Position numbers and translations under genes: made by a program | Assembly: GCA_963771885.1 (NCBI GenBank) | Contig: CAVYVF010000002.1 | Location: 224,001-288,000, forward strand | Direction: 5' to 3' | From: Candidatus Bathyarchaeota archaeon | GTDB lineage: Archaea; Thermoproteota; Bathyarchaeia; TCS64 | DNA: 64,000 nt | Notes under the pieces: model-generated | Databases searched by the model: none | What the model saw: only the letters and a program-made list of their open reading frames with translations | Told to the model about the DNA's origin: nothing | Shown here: positions 10,059 through 20,196 of the stretch, one piece after another | Layout of the letters: every line of letters starts with the position of its first letter | How positions within the stretch are numbered: the first letter of the stretch is position 1

Positions 10059-11224
10059 CCCCGTAAGTAGTCTCGAATCTCGACGATTTTACCCCCCTTC
10101 AAGAATACTCTAGGTACACGTCTGGCTATGGCGCACGTGACCTCGTGGGGGATCGTTTCAAGCCATGTCGCCATCTCCTCGACGCTAGGAGCACATCCCC
10201 CACCGAAGAGAGTGACCTCGTCACCAATCTCAGCTGCCTCGGCGTCTGTCAGGTCTATCATACACTGGTCCATGCAGACGCGCCCCACTATCGGCACTCT
10301 GTTTCCCTTGAAGTCGACCCAGCCCCTATTTGACAGCGCCCTCCGGTACCCGTCGGCGTAGCCTATTGGGAGCGTGCCAATTATGCTCAGGCGCTTCGCT
10401 TTGTATATTATTCCGTAGCTAATCCCTGCTCCTTTGGCGACGGCTTTGACGTTTGAGAGCCGAGCCTTGAGCGCCATCGCAGGCTTGAGGTTCACTCTCT
10501 TAAGGTTCACGTCGGGACCAGGTTCATATCCGTAGAGCATAATGCCTGGTCGCACCATGTCGAGGGCGTACTCGGGAAGGTCTATGATTGCTGCGCTGTT
10601 TGAGACGTGTCTAATCGGCGGCTCGACGCCGAGCCTTCTCAGCTCAGTGAGGACCCATGTGAACAATTCGTATTGGTGGCGCGTGTAGGTCTTGTCTGCG
10701 GCATCGGAGACAGCGAAGTGTGTGAAGATGCCTTCAAGCTCTACGTTGGGGAGGGCGGCGATCTCGGCGATGGCGCGTATCGCCCCGCTGCTTGGCTGGA
10801 ATCCTAGGCGCCCCATCCCTGTGTCCACCTTGACGTGCGCTGTCGCGACCACGCCGAGCCTCCCCGCGGCTTCATTGAGCGCCTCTGCCTGCTGTGGCGT
10901 GTATACTGTCGCCGACACGTTATTCTCGATGAGCGTCTCGTAGTCGGCGTCGGGTGTGTAGCCCAAGTTCAGTATCGGCGCCTCGATACCGGCCTTCCTC
11001 AGCTCGAGTGCCTCGGTTAGCGCCGCGACGCCAAGCCTGTCGGCGCCGTTCTCGAGAAAAGTTTTCGAGGCTGTGACTGCTCCATGTCCGTAGGCATCCG
11101 CCTTCACCGCCGCGAGTATCTCAGCGCTGCTGTCGGCTAGCCTCCTGACCTCACGGATGTTGTTCGCGAGGGCGTCAAGGTCCACCTCCGTCCACGCAGG
11201 CCGTGGGATGGGCATCGCGTCCAT
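10055..11224 (-). CDS. alr: Alanine racemase (PLP fold III)
   Basis: AVKADAYGHG (PLP lysine), HVKVDTGMGRLG, ISYG, IGYADGY, GRVCMDQ. Confidence 0.95.
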   Translation of the reverse strand: MDAMPIPRPAWTEVDLDALANNIREVRRLADSSAEILAAVKADAYGHGAVTASKTFLENGADRLGVAALTEALELRKAGIEAPILNLGYTPDADYETLIENNVSATVYTPQQAEALNEAAGRLGVVATAHVKVDTGMGRLGFQPSSGAIRAIAEIAALPNVELEGIFTHFAVSDAADKTYTRHQYELFTWVLTELRRLGVEPPIRHVSNSAAIIDLPEYALDMVRPGIMLYGYEPGPDVNLKRVNLKPAMALKARLSNVKAVAKGAGISYGIIYKAKRLSIIGTLPIGYADGYRRALSNRGWVDFKGNRVPIVGRVCMDQCMIDLTDAEAAEIGDEVTLFGGGCAPSVEEMATWLETIPHEVTCAIARRVPRVFLKGGKIVEIRDYLRG

Positions 11225-11302
11225 AACGTGTAATCCATCGCATCTCCCCAATATCGGTTGCCTTCCAGAATTGGTTTTAAGCTAAGGTGAGGATCGTGAT
11301 GC

Positions 11303-12007
11303 ATGGCCTCGGGCAGGATTCTAATAATCCAGAACGACCCCGTGGAGAACCTCGGCTTGTACGAGGCGTTTCTCAGGGAGAAAGCCGAGGTGGATGTAGC
11401 TCACGCCTACTCGATGAAGGTGGGTGAACGATTCCCCGGCACGGATGCTTACTCAGCGTTCATCATTGGTCCCACACCAATCTCAGCAAACGCGGTCGAG
11501 AAGCACCCCTTCCTTGTGTGCGAGTGGGAGTACTTGTCCCGTATTGTGGGGAGCAACAAGCCGGTGCTCGGAGTCTGCTGTGGCGGGCAGATTCTCGCGA
11601 GGCTCCTCGGCGGGGAGGTCGTGAGGAGCCCGAGCAAGGAGGTTGGGGGCTACACTGTGAAGCTGACAGACGCGGGTATTTCTGATCCGCTCTTCCGTGA
11701 CTTCCCTGTGGATGTGCCTGTTTTCCATTGGCATAGTGACATGTTCAAGGTCCCGCCGGGAGGTAAGCAAATTGCCCGCGGTGACCCGTGCCCCATACAG
11801 GCATATGCCTGGAGGAACATACGTGGTGTTCTCTTCCACCTAGAGATTAACCACCACGAGGCGGAGCGTTGGGCGTCCGCCTACCCCGAAGAGTTAGCAG
11901 CTGTGGGGAAAACGAGGGATCAAGTGCTCGAGGAGTGCCGTATGAGGGAAACCGAGATGAGTCGGCTCGCCGAGAAGCTCATCGACAACTTTCTTAATCT
12001 TACCTAA
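11303..12007 (+). CDS. Class I glutamine amidotransferase-like hydrolase
   Basis: LGVCCGGQ nucleophile elbow, FHWHSD, FHLE. Confidence 0.85.
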   Translation: MASGRILIIQNDPVENLGLYEAFLREKAEVDVAHAYSMKVGERFPGTDAYSAFIIGPTPISANAVEKHPFLVCEWEYLSRIVGSNKPVLGVCCGGQILARLLGGEVVRSPSKEVGGYTVKLTDAGISDPLFRDFPVDVPVFHWHSDMFKVPPGGKQIARGDPCPIQAYAWRNIRGVLFHLEINHHEAERWASAYPEELAAVGKTRDQVLEECRMRETEMSRLAEKLIDNFLNLT

Positions 12008-12061
12008 CTGGTAAACCTCATCAACTCGAAGCACCAAATTTAGTCGGTTGGTGTTTCTAGC

Positions 12062-13195
12062 ATGAAGATAACTAAGGTCGAGATAATCCCCGTCAACTTG
12101 CCGAAGAAGAAGGTGCTCTCCCTCTCCCGCTACGGAAAGCTGGGTGAGGGGACGCCCTTCGAGTTCATCTTGACGCGCATCCATACGGACGAGGGCGTCA
12201 CCGGGGTCGGCGAGTGTCCGCCTCTCCCACCACTCAGCCCCGAAAACCAGGGAGTTGTCGCCGAGATGCTGAGGCGCTGGATCGTCCCCAACATCATAGG
12301 GATGGACCCCTTCGACCTCGAGGGCATCTGGGAGAAGATGGACTACTGGGCCCCCACGTACCCAATGGCGAAGGCAGCCATCGACATGGCCCTCTGGGAC
12401 ATCATGGGCAGGAGCCTGAACGTCCCAGTCTACAAGCTCCTCGGAGGGGGATCGAACCCCAAGAAGATACCGAACGCCGGACTTATTGGCATCGACACCC
12501 CAGCAAAGGTCGCCGCCGAGGGGAAGCGCCTCGTAAAAGAAGGCTACACGGCCATCAGGCTCAAGATAGGCCCGAAGAGGGACGCCACATGCGTAAAGGC
12601 GATTCGTGAAGCCATAGGCGAAGATGTAGTACTTCGCGTCGACTGTAACCAGGGCTACGCAGCCCACGAAGCGATCAAAATGATCAGGGAGATAGAGCAG
12701 TGGGGCGTCGAGCTCGTGGAGCAGCCGACCGTCTGGTGGGACTTTGCCTCGATCGCTAAGGTCGCGGGTTCAGTCGACACGCCCATAATGCCACATGAAT
12801 CTCTGTTCTCTATGGCCGATGTGAAGACCTTAATCGATATGGGTGCGATTGGCGTTTTAGGGCTGAAGACCTACCGACCAGCCGGGGGAATAACCAACGT
12901 TAAGCGTATACTCGACATGGCTCGGGTGATGAACATCCCGACACTCATGCACGACGACCTTGAGATGGGAGTCAGTCTTTCCGCTGCATCCCATATAATC
13001 GCGGGCTGCGGGAGGGCCATCACACAGACTTGTGAGCTCAGCGGGTTCCCAGAGTGGATCAACGAGGATGTCATCAAGGAACCCGTGAAGTTGGAGGGCG
13101 GTTACATCGCGCCCCCGAAAGGGCCGGGGCTCGGCTTCGAGCTCAACGAGGCGGTCGTCAAGAAGAACACGACGGGTATAATAGTCGTTCAGTAA
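12062..13195 (+). CDS. Enolase superfamily, MLE/dipeptide-epimerase-like enzyme
   Basis: AAIDMALWD, RLKIG, VDCNQG, EQP, GPGLG. Confidence 0.88.
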   Translation: MKITKVEIIPVNLPKKKVLSLSRYGKLGEGTPFEFILTRIHTDEGVTGVGECPPLPPLSPENQGVVAEMLRRWIVPNIIGMDPFDLEGIWEKMDYWAPTYPMAKAAIDMALWDIMGRSLNVPVYKLLGGGSNPKKIPNAGLIGIDTPAKVAAEGKRLVKEGYTAIRLKIGPKRDATCVKAIREAIGEDVVLRVDCNQGYAAHEAIKMIREIEQWGVELVEQPTVWWDFASIAKVAGSVDTPIMPHESLFSMADVKTLIDMGAIGVLGLKTYRPAGGITNVKRILDMARVMNIPTLMHDDLEMGVSLSAASHIIAGCGRAITQTCELSGFPEWINEDVIKEPVKLEGGYIAPPKGPGLGFELNEAVVKKNTTGIIVVQ

Positions 13196-13293
13196 TTCCT
13201 CAGATATTCTCTTAGGGATTTCACGAGGCGCATGAATACTAACAATTTATATTCTCGCCTTTGCGCACATGTGCAAGGAGTCCAACGACAGTA

Positions 13294-14871
13294 TTGTCCC
13301 TGGAGCCTTGTCCCAGAGTTCTGGTCGGCGGCACACTAATTGATGGTACGGGCCGCCAGCCAATCACCGACAGCATCGTTGTGATGCAGGGCGACTACAT
13401 ATTAGCCGCAGGAAAAAAGGGTAAGATCGAGGTACCGAAGGGGGCCGAGGTCTACGACGTCACCGGCATGACTGTAGTGCCGGGTTTCATCGATAGCCAC
13501 TGCCACTTCTACGGCATGGGTCTCTCGATGATACGGGACGTCCAGCTCCGCGACACACCCTCCCTCGAAGGCGCTTTGACCCGCCTCAAGGAGAAGGCTA
13601 AGGCAGCCAAGAAGGGGGAGTGGATAATCGGCAAGGGCTGGGACGAGTCCAAGTGGCCCGAGAACAGGTACCCCACCAAGCAGGATCTCGACGCCGTCTG
13701 TAAGACAAACCCCATGATGATCGTCAGGATATGCGGCCACATGTTAACCCTCAATACCGCCGCGCTGAAGATGGGGGGAATCACTGGAAAGACCCCGCAG
13801 CCTGAGGGCGGACATATCGACATGGGTGATGACAGAGAGCCCACGGGCATACTCAGGGATTGCAGGCACCTAATAGAGACCTGCATCCCACAGGCGAGTG
13901 AGGAGCAGGCAGTCGAGGGTTTGAAGGTCGCGTCCGAATACGCGCTCAGCCTCGGATGTACGAGCGTAGGCGACGCCGGGTTGGGGGCGGACGCCCTCAA
14001 GGCGTATCAGACAGCGCTCGCAAAGGGCATGCTGAAGGTCCGCGCTTACCTCTTCCTCAACGAGACGGTCCAGAAGCAGAGCTATGAGGTCGGAATCAGG
14101 ACAGGTTTTGGCAACGATATGATAAAGGTCGGGCCAACGAAACTGTTAATGGACGGTAGCCTCGGCGCCCGCACCGCAGCGCTCTTTGAGCCGTACACTG
14201 ACGAGCCCTCTACGAAGGGCTTACTGATAATGCCGCCCGAGGCCCTCGACGAGAAGGCGAAGGCTGCCAACGAGCACGGCAACCAGCTAGCAATACACGC
14301 TATAGGCGACTACGCTATCGAGTGCGTCATAAACAGCATACAGGCTGCCCTCAAAGAGAAGCCTCGAAAGGATCACCGCCACAGGATCGAGCACTGCGAG
14401 ATACTCACCGCGGGGCAGATCGAGAGGATCAAGCAGCTTGGGATAATCCCCGCCGTCCAACCGAACTTCGTCGGCGAGTGGGCGGGACCGGGCAGCATGT
14501 ACGAGCAGCGCCTCGGGGCAAATCGCAACAAGCTGAACAACCCTTACAGGATCATGCTCGACGAGGGTATAATCTTCGCGTTCGGCAGCGACGGTATGCC
14601 CTTCCACCCGATCTACGGTATCTGGAGCGCTGTAAACCACGGCATCAAGGAGGCCAGGATAAAGCTGGTCGAGGCGATAAAGTGCTACACTCTTAACGGC
14701 GCCTATGCGAGCTTCGACGAGAAGCTGAAGGGGAGCATCGAGGTCGGAAAGCTGGCCGACATCGCTGTCGTGGATAGAGACCTTACTAAGATCAAGGCGG
14801 AGGACATACGGGATGCCAAGGTCTACATGACCCTTGTCGGTGGGAAGATCCTCTACCACAAGGGGCTTTAA
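13294..14871 (+). CDS. YtcJ-like amidohydrolase (Amidohydro_3)
   Basis: PGFIDSHCH, DGSLGARTA, HAIGD, RIEHC, GSD, GKLAD; likely TTG at 13294 downstream of AAGGAG. Confidence 0.9.
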   Translation: MSLEPCPRVLVGGTLIDGTGRQPITDSIVVMQGDYILAAGKKGKIEVPKGAEVYDVTGMTVVPGFIDSHCHFYGMGLSMIRDVQLRDTPSLEGALTRLKEKAKAAKKGEWIIGKGWDESKWPENRYPTKQDLDAVCKTNPMMIVRICGHMLTLNTAALKMGGITGKTPQPEGGHIDMGDDREPTGILRDCRHLIETCIPQASEEQAVEGLKVASEYALSLGCTSVGDAGLGADALKAYQTALAKGMLKVRAYLFLNETVQKQSYEVGIRTGFGNDMIKVGPTKLLMDGSLGARTAALFEPYTDEPSTKGLLIMPPEALDEKAKAANEHGNQLAIHAIGDYAIECVINSIQAALKEKPRKDHRHRIEHCEILTAGQIERIKQLGIIPAVQPNFVGEWAGPGSMYEQRLGANRNKLNNPYRIMLDEGIIFAFGSDGMPFHPIYGIWSAVNHGIKEARIKLVEAIKCYTLNGAYASFDEKLKGSIEVGKLADIAVVDRDLTKIKAEDIRDAKVYMTLVGGKILYHKGL

Positions 14872-15079
14872 CCTCATTTTATGGGTAAATTATGCCTCTT
14901 CCTCCACCGAGGAGGATAGGGGTACTATCTGGATTATCTCAATGGCGGTTGAATACGCGATAGCCCTTATTACGCTTCTGCGGGTTATCACCGTAACCTA
15001 AGTAATTGGTAGCATATGTATTGGCTATAACCAGTATCTAGAAATCAAATATATGATACGTTTAGGATAGGAAACTGAG

Positions 15080-15526
15080 TTAATCCGCCGTTTCGATGGT
15101 CTCAAGCTCCTTAATGTAATCAGGCTCAAGCCCATGCTCCTTAGCGCCACTGACCATTAAGCCGAGATACCTCTTCGTAGGCTTAAAGGGACCCTTTGGA
15201 TTCGTCGTTCTGTACGTGGCCGCCTTTACTGCTTTTCCTGTCTCGTCGACGACGTAGATGGTTTGCCTGAAGTAAATACCGTCGGGCACGCCCTCGATGG
15301 AGTCGAGGTGGAGGAGCTCATCGTTATCCACTTCATAGAGTACGCCCCTGACAAGCTTGGCCGCCGCCGGCTCAATACCCGTGACGCCTCCCTTGTAGGT
15401 TCGACTCATGAAGTTGAATTGGACCTCCCAGTTAGGGAGGAACGCCTTACCCTTATAGACCGCCTTGGGGCAATGCCTCTGAAGCGTCGCCGAGTCCAAG
15501 AAGGAACCATATGAGAAGTACAGCAT
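15080..15526 (-). CDS. Gamma-glutamylcyclotransferase family protein
   Basis: YFSYGS, GVLY, LDSIEG, PTKRYL...GAKEHGL...Y. Confidence 0.85.
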   Translation of the reverse strand: MLYFSYGSFLDSATLQRHCPKAVYKGKAFLPNWEVQFNFMSRTYKGGVTGIEPAAAKLVRGVLYEVDNDELLHLDSIEGVPDGIYFRQTIYVVDETGKAVKAATYRTTNPKGPFKPTKRYLGLMVSGAKEHGLEPDYIKELETIETAD

Positions 15527-15575
15527 GGGGCTGATTGGGGATTAATGGTTAAAAGAGTTACCTCGTTTCCGACAA

Positions 15576-16167
15576 TCACTTGGCGCGCTTGTAGTCCTTC
15601 TCGCCCAAGATGTGGCGGTGGTACATCCAGTTCACGTGCCCTGGCGTTAGCTCGACCCTCAACAGGTCACCCTCCGTGGATGAAGCCCTGACGCGTTCCA
15701 TCTCCGCCACAGTCCTGTACCACTCATTAAGCCGTCTGCCCTTATCATCCATCTCTTCGGCGTGGCAGCTGAAATGAGTGTAGCCGTTCTCGTAGCAGTA
15801 GATGTGCACGAGTGTGAAGAGGCTCCCGCCTACCCCCTTGCCCTCGATGAGGCTCGCCATATCGTCGCCGTAGAAGCCACCGGACAGCTCTGCGTCCTCG
15901 TAGCCGAAGAAGAAGGCTAGAGGCTCCCTTCCCTGTCTGACCATCATGAGGAAGAAGCCCTCCTTCTCACCCCTCCTGATCATGTCCCAGACCGTGTACC
16001 TGAGCTCCTCCCTGAACATCTGGGAGTCGATCCTAAGAACCTCGTCTATGAGCACCCTGTCCAGTGTAACATGGACGCTGATCTTTACAGGACTCCCAAG
16101 AAGGGTGCTAAGTCTCTCCTCTACTCTGTCTCGCTGCTTCCTCGAAAAAGGGTGGCTCCTCGCCCAT
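15576..16167 (-). CDS. GNAT-fold acyltransferase-like protein (5' homopolymer frameshift)
   Basis: EGKGVGGSLF acetyl-CoA-binding-like motif A; ATG at 16167 follows the ligase stop, and the frame is restored by removing one T of TTTTT. Confidence 0.5.
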
Positions 16168-16174
16168 GGGGGAG

Positions 16175-17174
16175 CTACTTGATGCCGTACCGCTTAAGAC
16201 CTGCGCCGACAACTTCGCGAATCATGTCGTCGAAGTTCCAGCCGCCTCGCAGCCACATGAAGGGGTAGAAGCTGAAGTCGTCCACCGACGGGTCGGCGTC
16301 GATGCCGGGGAGCGGGTTGATCTCAAGGAAGTATAGTTCGCCGCGGCTGTTGTACCTGAAGTCGAGGCGTCCCCAGTCGTAGCACTGGAGTATCTTAACT
16401 GCCTTAAGGGTGGTCTCTTCGACCTCCCTTCTTGAGCTTGGCGGGTAGCTTGGCAGGGCAGAGGTAGTTGGCTGAGGTATCGTAGATGGTCTTCGCCTTC
16501 TGGCCGAGGACGGTGCCGAGCTCGGGGGCGAACTTGCTGAAATCCATCTCAAAGATGGGAAGGATGCGCGGTTTTTCCTCTCCTATGAAGTTGCCGACTA
16601 TGCCGACGCTGAATTCGCGCCCATCGATGAACTCTTCGGCGAGTATACCCTGCTTGTATACGCCGAGCATCTCCTTGAGTTTCCTGCGCAGCTGCTTCTC
16701 GTCGTGTACCACGTTGTCGATGTTGATGCCGATGCTGCTGCCCTCGTGGCTTGGCTTAAGGATGAGTGGGTACCTGAGCTTGGCGGGAACTGCGTCGTCT
16801 TTCTCGTAGAGGACGGTGAAAGGCGCGGTCTTGACGCCATGCCACTCAAGCACCTTCTTCGTCGTGGGTTTATCGAGGCAGATGGCGGTCGCCATGATGC
16901 CAGCCCCCGTGTATGGAATGCCGAGCATCTCACAGAAGGCGGGGACCTGGCTCTCCCTACTCTCGCCACGGATGCCTTCAGCCCTGTTGAGCACGAGATC
17001 CGGCCTCTCACGCCTGAGTGTCTCGAAGCAGGTCTCATCGGCCTCGATCTGGAGGTACTCCCAGCCGGCGGCCTCGATGGCGTGCTTCACGAGCTCAATT
17101 GTGTGGGGTGGCTCGTACTCGACCTGGAACTCGCCTTTGTCATGGCGAGTGTTACAACAAAAAGCTATCCTCAA
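16175..17174 (-). CDS. D-Ala-D-Ala ligase-like ATP-grasp enzyme (frameshift near 16428)
   Basis: GIPYTG, LDKPTTK, LKPSHEGSSIGI, EEFIDGREFSV, RLDFR, FLEINPLPG. Confidence 0.88.
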
Positions 17175-17184
17175 CTTATTGTGG

Positions 17185-18547
17185 CTAGGGGACGTCCGAG
17201 AGGACCTCCTTGTAGATGCTCAGGGTCTGATTCTTGATCTTCTCTGGCATCGTGATCGCATTCGTGGATGCCGAAGAAAAGTCTTGTAGAGCTCGTCTTC
17301 GCGGCCCTTAGCCTCTTCGAGGAACCTCTGCTCGAACTCCTGAGTCAGGGGGCTCCTGTCCCCGTTCTTCCATGCTAGGTAGAAGGCGAATAGCTGCTCG
17401 TCGCGGCCCCTGCCCGTAAGGGCGTAGGTGTTGACGTCGCTTCCGCCGAAGAGGCTGAAGTACTCCTTACAGTCCTCCGTGAGCATGTTCCTGTTGAGCC
17501 CGACGGTCTTGGGGTCGAAGCCGCACGCCTTGATGAGTAGGTACATCTTGCTGCAGACGCTGCAGCTCATGCACCAGCGTGTGTCGCGGCCAGCTTCGGT
17601 CTCGACGAAGCAGCTCATGTGGTACTTGGCGACTTCGGGGTATCTCTTGTAGAGGGCGTAGACGACTGCGATGTCGTTGAGCGGCTCTATGACGCTCATC
17701 GTGCGGACGCCGCCGTTTGTGAGGAGGCGGGTGATGAGGTCGATGTTAACTGGTCCACTTGTGGCTCTGGTCGAAGGCGGGGTAGCAGATGTAGCCCTCG
17801 CTGTCGTAGTAGTACTCGCTGCAGCTCTGCTCGTTGCCGAAGAGTATGTACTTCGCTCTGGAACGTGTTGGCGATAGGGAGGAGCATCATCGCGTACTGG
17901 GTGTTCTGGAGTCCCCAGCCGATCTCCGTCTTGCCAACGCCGAGGCGTATGCCGTCGCGCAGGTGGCCTGTCGTGTGGATGATCTTGTTCAGCTTCACCT
18001 TGAACTCGTTCTCGAACTCTTTGGCGAGCACGTCCTTGTGCTTCTCCTCGTATAGGAGGAGGGGCTCGACGACGTACGCTGCCTGCGGGTTGAGTCCTAG
18101 TTCGCGGCACACCGCCCACGTGAGTAGGCTGTCCTTGCCGAAGCTGAGGGCGACGACGCTGCTGTCGTCCCTGCTCGGCTGCTTATAGGTCGGGAACTTT
18201 ACGTCGTAGTCGTTGAACTTGATCTTCAGGTTCATGAACTCCTTGATGAGCTCCGACGTGCGTGTCCCGTCTACGTCTGCGCAGCTTGGCAGGTCCATCA
18301 GTAGGTTCTGAAAGAACTGCGTCTGGAAGAAGGGGGCTGAGGTGTTGTACCTGAGCTCGCTCTTCCGGAGGGTCAGGGGGAGGTGGACGGTCTCAGCGTA
18401 GACGAGGTTGTCGAAGAGAACGTCCTTCGCCTCCTGGGGATAATTCTTCCAGAAGCCGTTGGGGTACTTTACGACATACCGCGACCCGCGGAGATTAATT
18501 TCATAACCCGTCTCGATCTGTCTCGCTTCAATGGAGAGGCTAGACAC
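17185..18547 (-). CDS. MurL-like PP-loop ATP-dependent epimerase homologue (three frameshifts)
   Basis: Reconstructed motifs in order: SFGKDS, GNEQSC, DQSHKW, IEPLNDIAV, HMSCF, WCMSCSVC. Confidence 0.6.
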
Positions 18548-18636
18548 TATACATATACCTGCGTGGACTTTCTATCCGGAGACGATAACTCATTAATGCT
18601 ACTTATTATTGCTTACTATTAGGTTAGACCCAGATC

Positions 18637-19612
18637 TTGACTGCAATGTTGCAAGACGGAATTAATCAAGCATGGGATCGGCGACACGATATTTACACAT
18701 TCCCGCAATCTCGAACAGTTGCTTGGATACAGCAATATTTACCTGAAATTTGAGGGCGGCAACCCGACTGGGACGATGAAGGACCGCGCGTCCTACGCCT
18801 GTCTCAGGCTGGCTAAGAGGAAGGGTTACGGGGAGGTCGTCATAGCCTCATGCGGTAACTTCGGCGCGAGCTATCGTCAGCACTATCACGATTCTTCGGC
18901 GTCAAGGTGCACGTCTACATTCCCGAGAAGTACCACACGCCCCGCATAGCATCCATGGAGAAGCTGGGCGGGATCATACACAGGGCTCCCGGCACCTATG
19001 AGGACGTTGTCGCCCTCTCCAGTGAGGAGGCGGCGAAGCGTGGATGGTACAACGGGAACCCCGGTACACCCGAGAACAGGAAGGTATCCATCGAGGCATA
19101 CGCTACGATCTCCTACGAGATCGCAAAAAGGCTAGGGGACGCACCTGACGTGGTCGCTGTCCCAACAGGCAACGGCACGACCATCGCTGGAATCAACCAC
19201 GGCTTCCAGGTCCTCCTAAGGAGAAGGAAAGACAAAGAAAGCACCCGCATTAATTGCTGCTAGTACAACGGGTGGAAACCCCGTAGTCTCCTGTTTCCTC
19301 GAAGGAGAGAGGATGATCAGTGACTTGAAGCCGGACAGCATCGACGAGACCAATGTAAACGAGCCCCTCGTCAGCTGGATTAGCCTTGATGGGCAGGACG
19401 CCCTCGACGCGGTCTGGGAGAGCAAGGGCTGGGCTGTACATATCGCCGACGAGGAGATGATCCGGTACTCGGAGATCCTTCTTCGCGAGGAGGGTCTCTC
19501 GGTGTTGCCCGCTTCCTGTTCATCCGTCGCCGCCCTCCCCCTCTACATCAAGGAGAGAAAGCTGAGGAAGGGCCTTGACCTCGTTGCTTTACTCACGGCG
19601 AGGAACTTCTGA
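18637..19612 (+). CDS. Threonine-synthase-like PLP fold II enzyme (several frameshifts)
   Basis: IGDT, LKFEGGNPTGTMKDRA, ASCGNFG, PTGNGTT, EEGLSVLPAS. Confidence 0.8.
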
Positions 19613-19670
19613 GCCAAGCAAACGCTTATTCCCGGCGGTAGCGCGGTAGAAGTAATTCCGGTGAGAGAGT

Positions 19671-20196
19671 ATGTCTAAGCCGATCTGGATAGCCCGCGAT
19701 CCAGCAAACTGCTCGGGTTGCAGGCGCTGTGAACTCATCTGCAGCATAGAGCACGAGGGCTGGATGTGGCCCGACGCCTCGAGAGTGCGCGTCTTCATGC
19801 CTTTCCCAGGCATCGAGGTGCCCCACCTCTGCGCCCAGTGCATGGACTACCCATGCATAGCCTCCTGCCCAGTGCAGGCACTGTCAAAGGACTCAAACAC
19901 CGCCGCGGTCATCGTCGATCGGGCGAAGTGTATCAGCTGCGGAGCCTGCATAAGGGCATGCCCCGGGACGGTGCCGTATCTGCACCCAGGTGACAACAAG
20001 GCGACCATCTGTGACCTCTGCGGCGGCTCACCCAAGTGCGTCGAGGTGTGCACCGAGGCGGGGTACAACTGCCTCACCATCGTAAACGAGCCCCCTAACG
20101 TTCACAGGAAGATCTACAGCAGGAACCCCTACGACACGGCGAAGGACATCGCAGTGAAGCATGTTCGGGGAGAAGGGCGAGGAGGTAATTAAATGA
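19671..20196 (+). CDS. 4Fe-4S dicluster electron-transfer subunit for AOR (3' 1-nt insertion)
   Basis: CSGCRRCELIC, CAQCMDYPCIASCP, CISCGACIRACP, CDLCGGSPKCVEVC. Confidence 0.88.
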
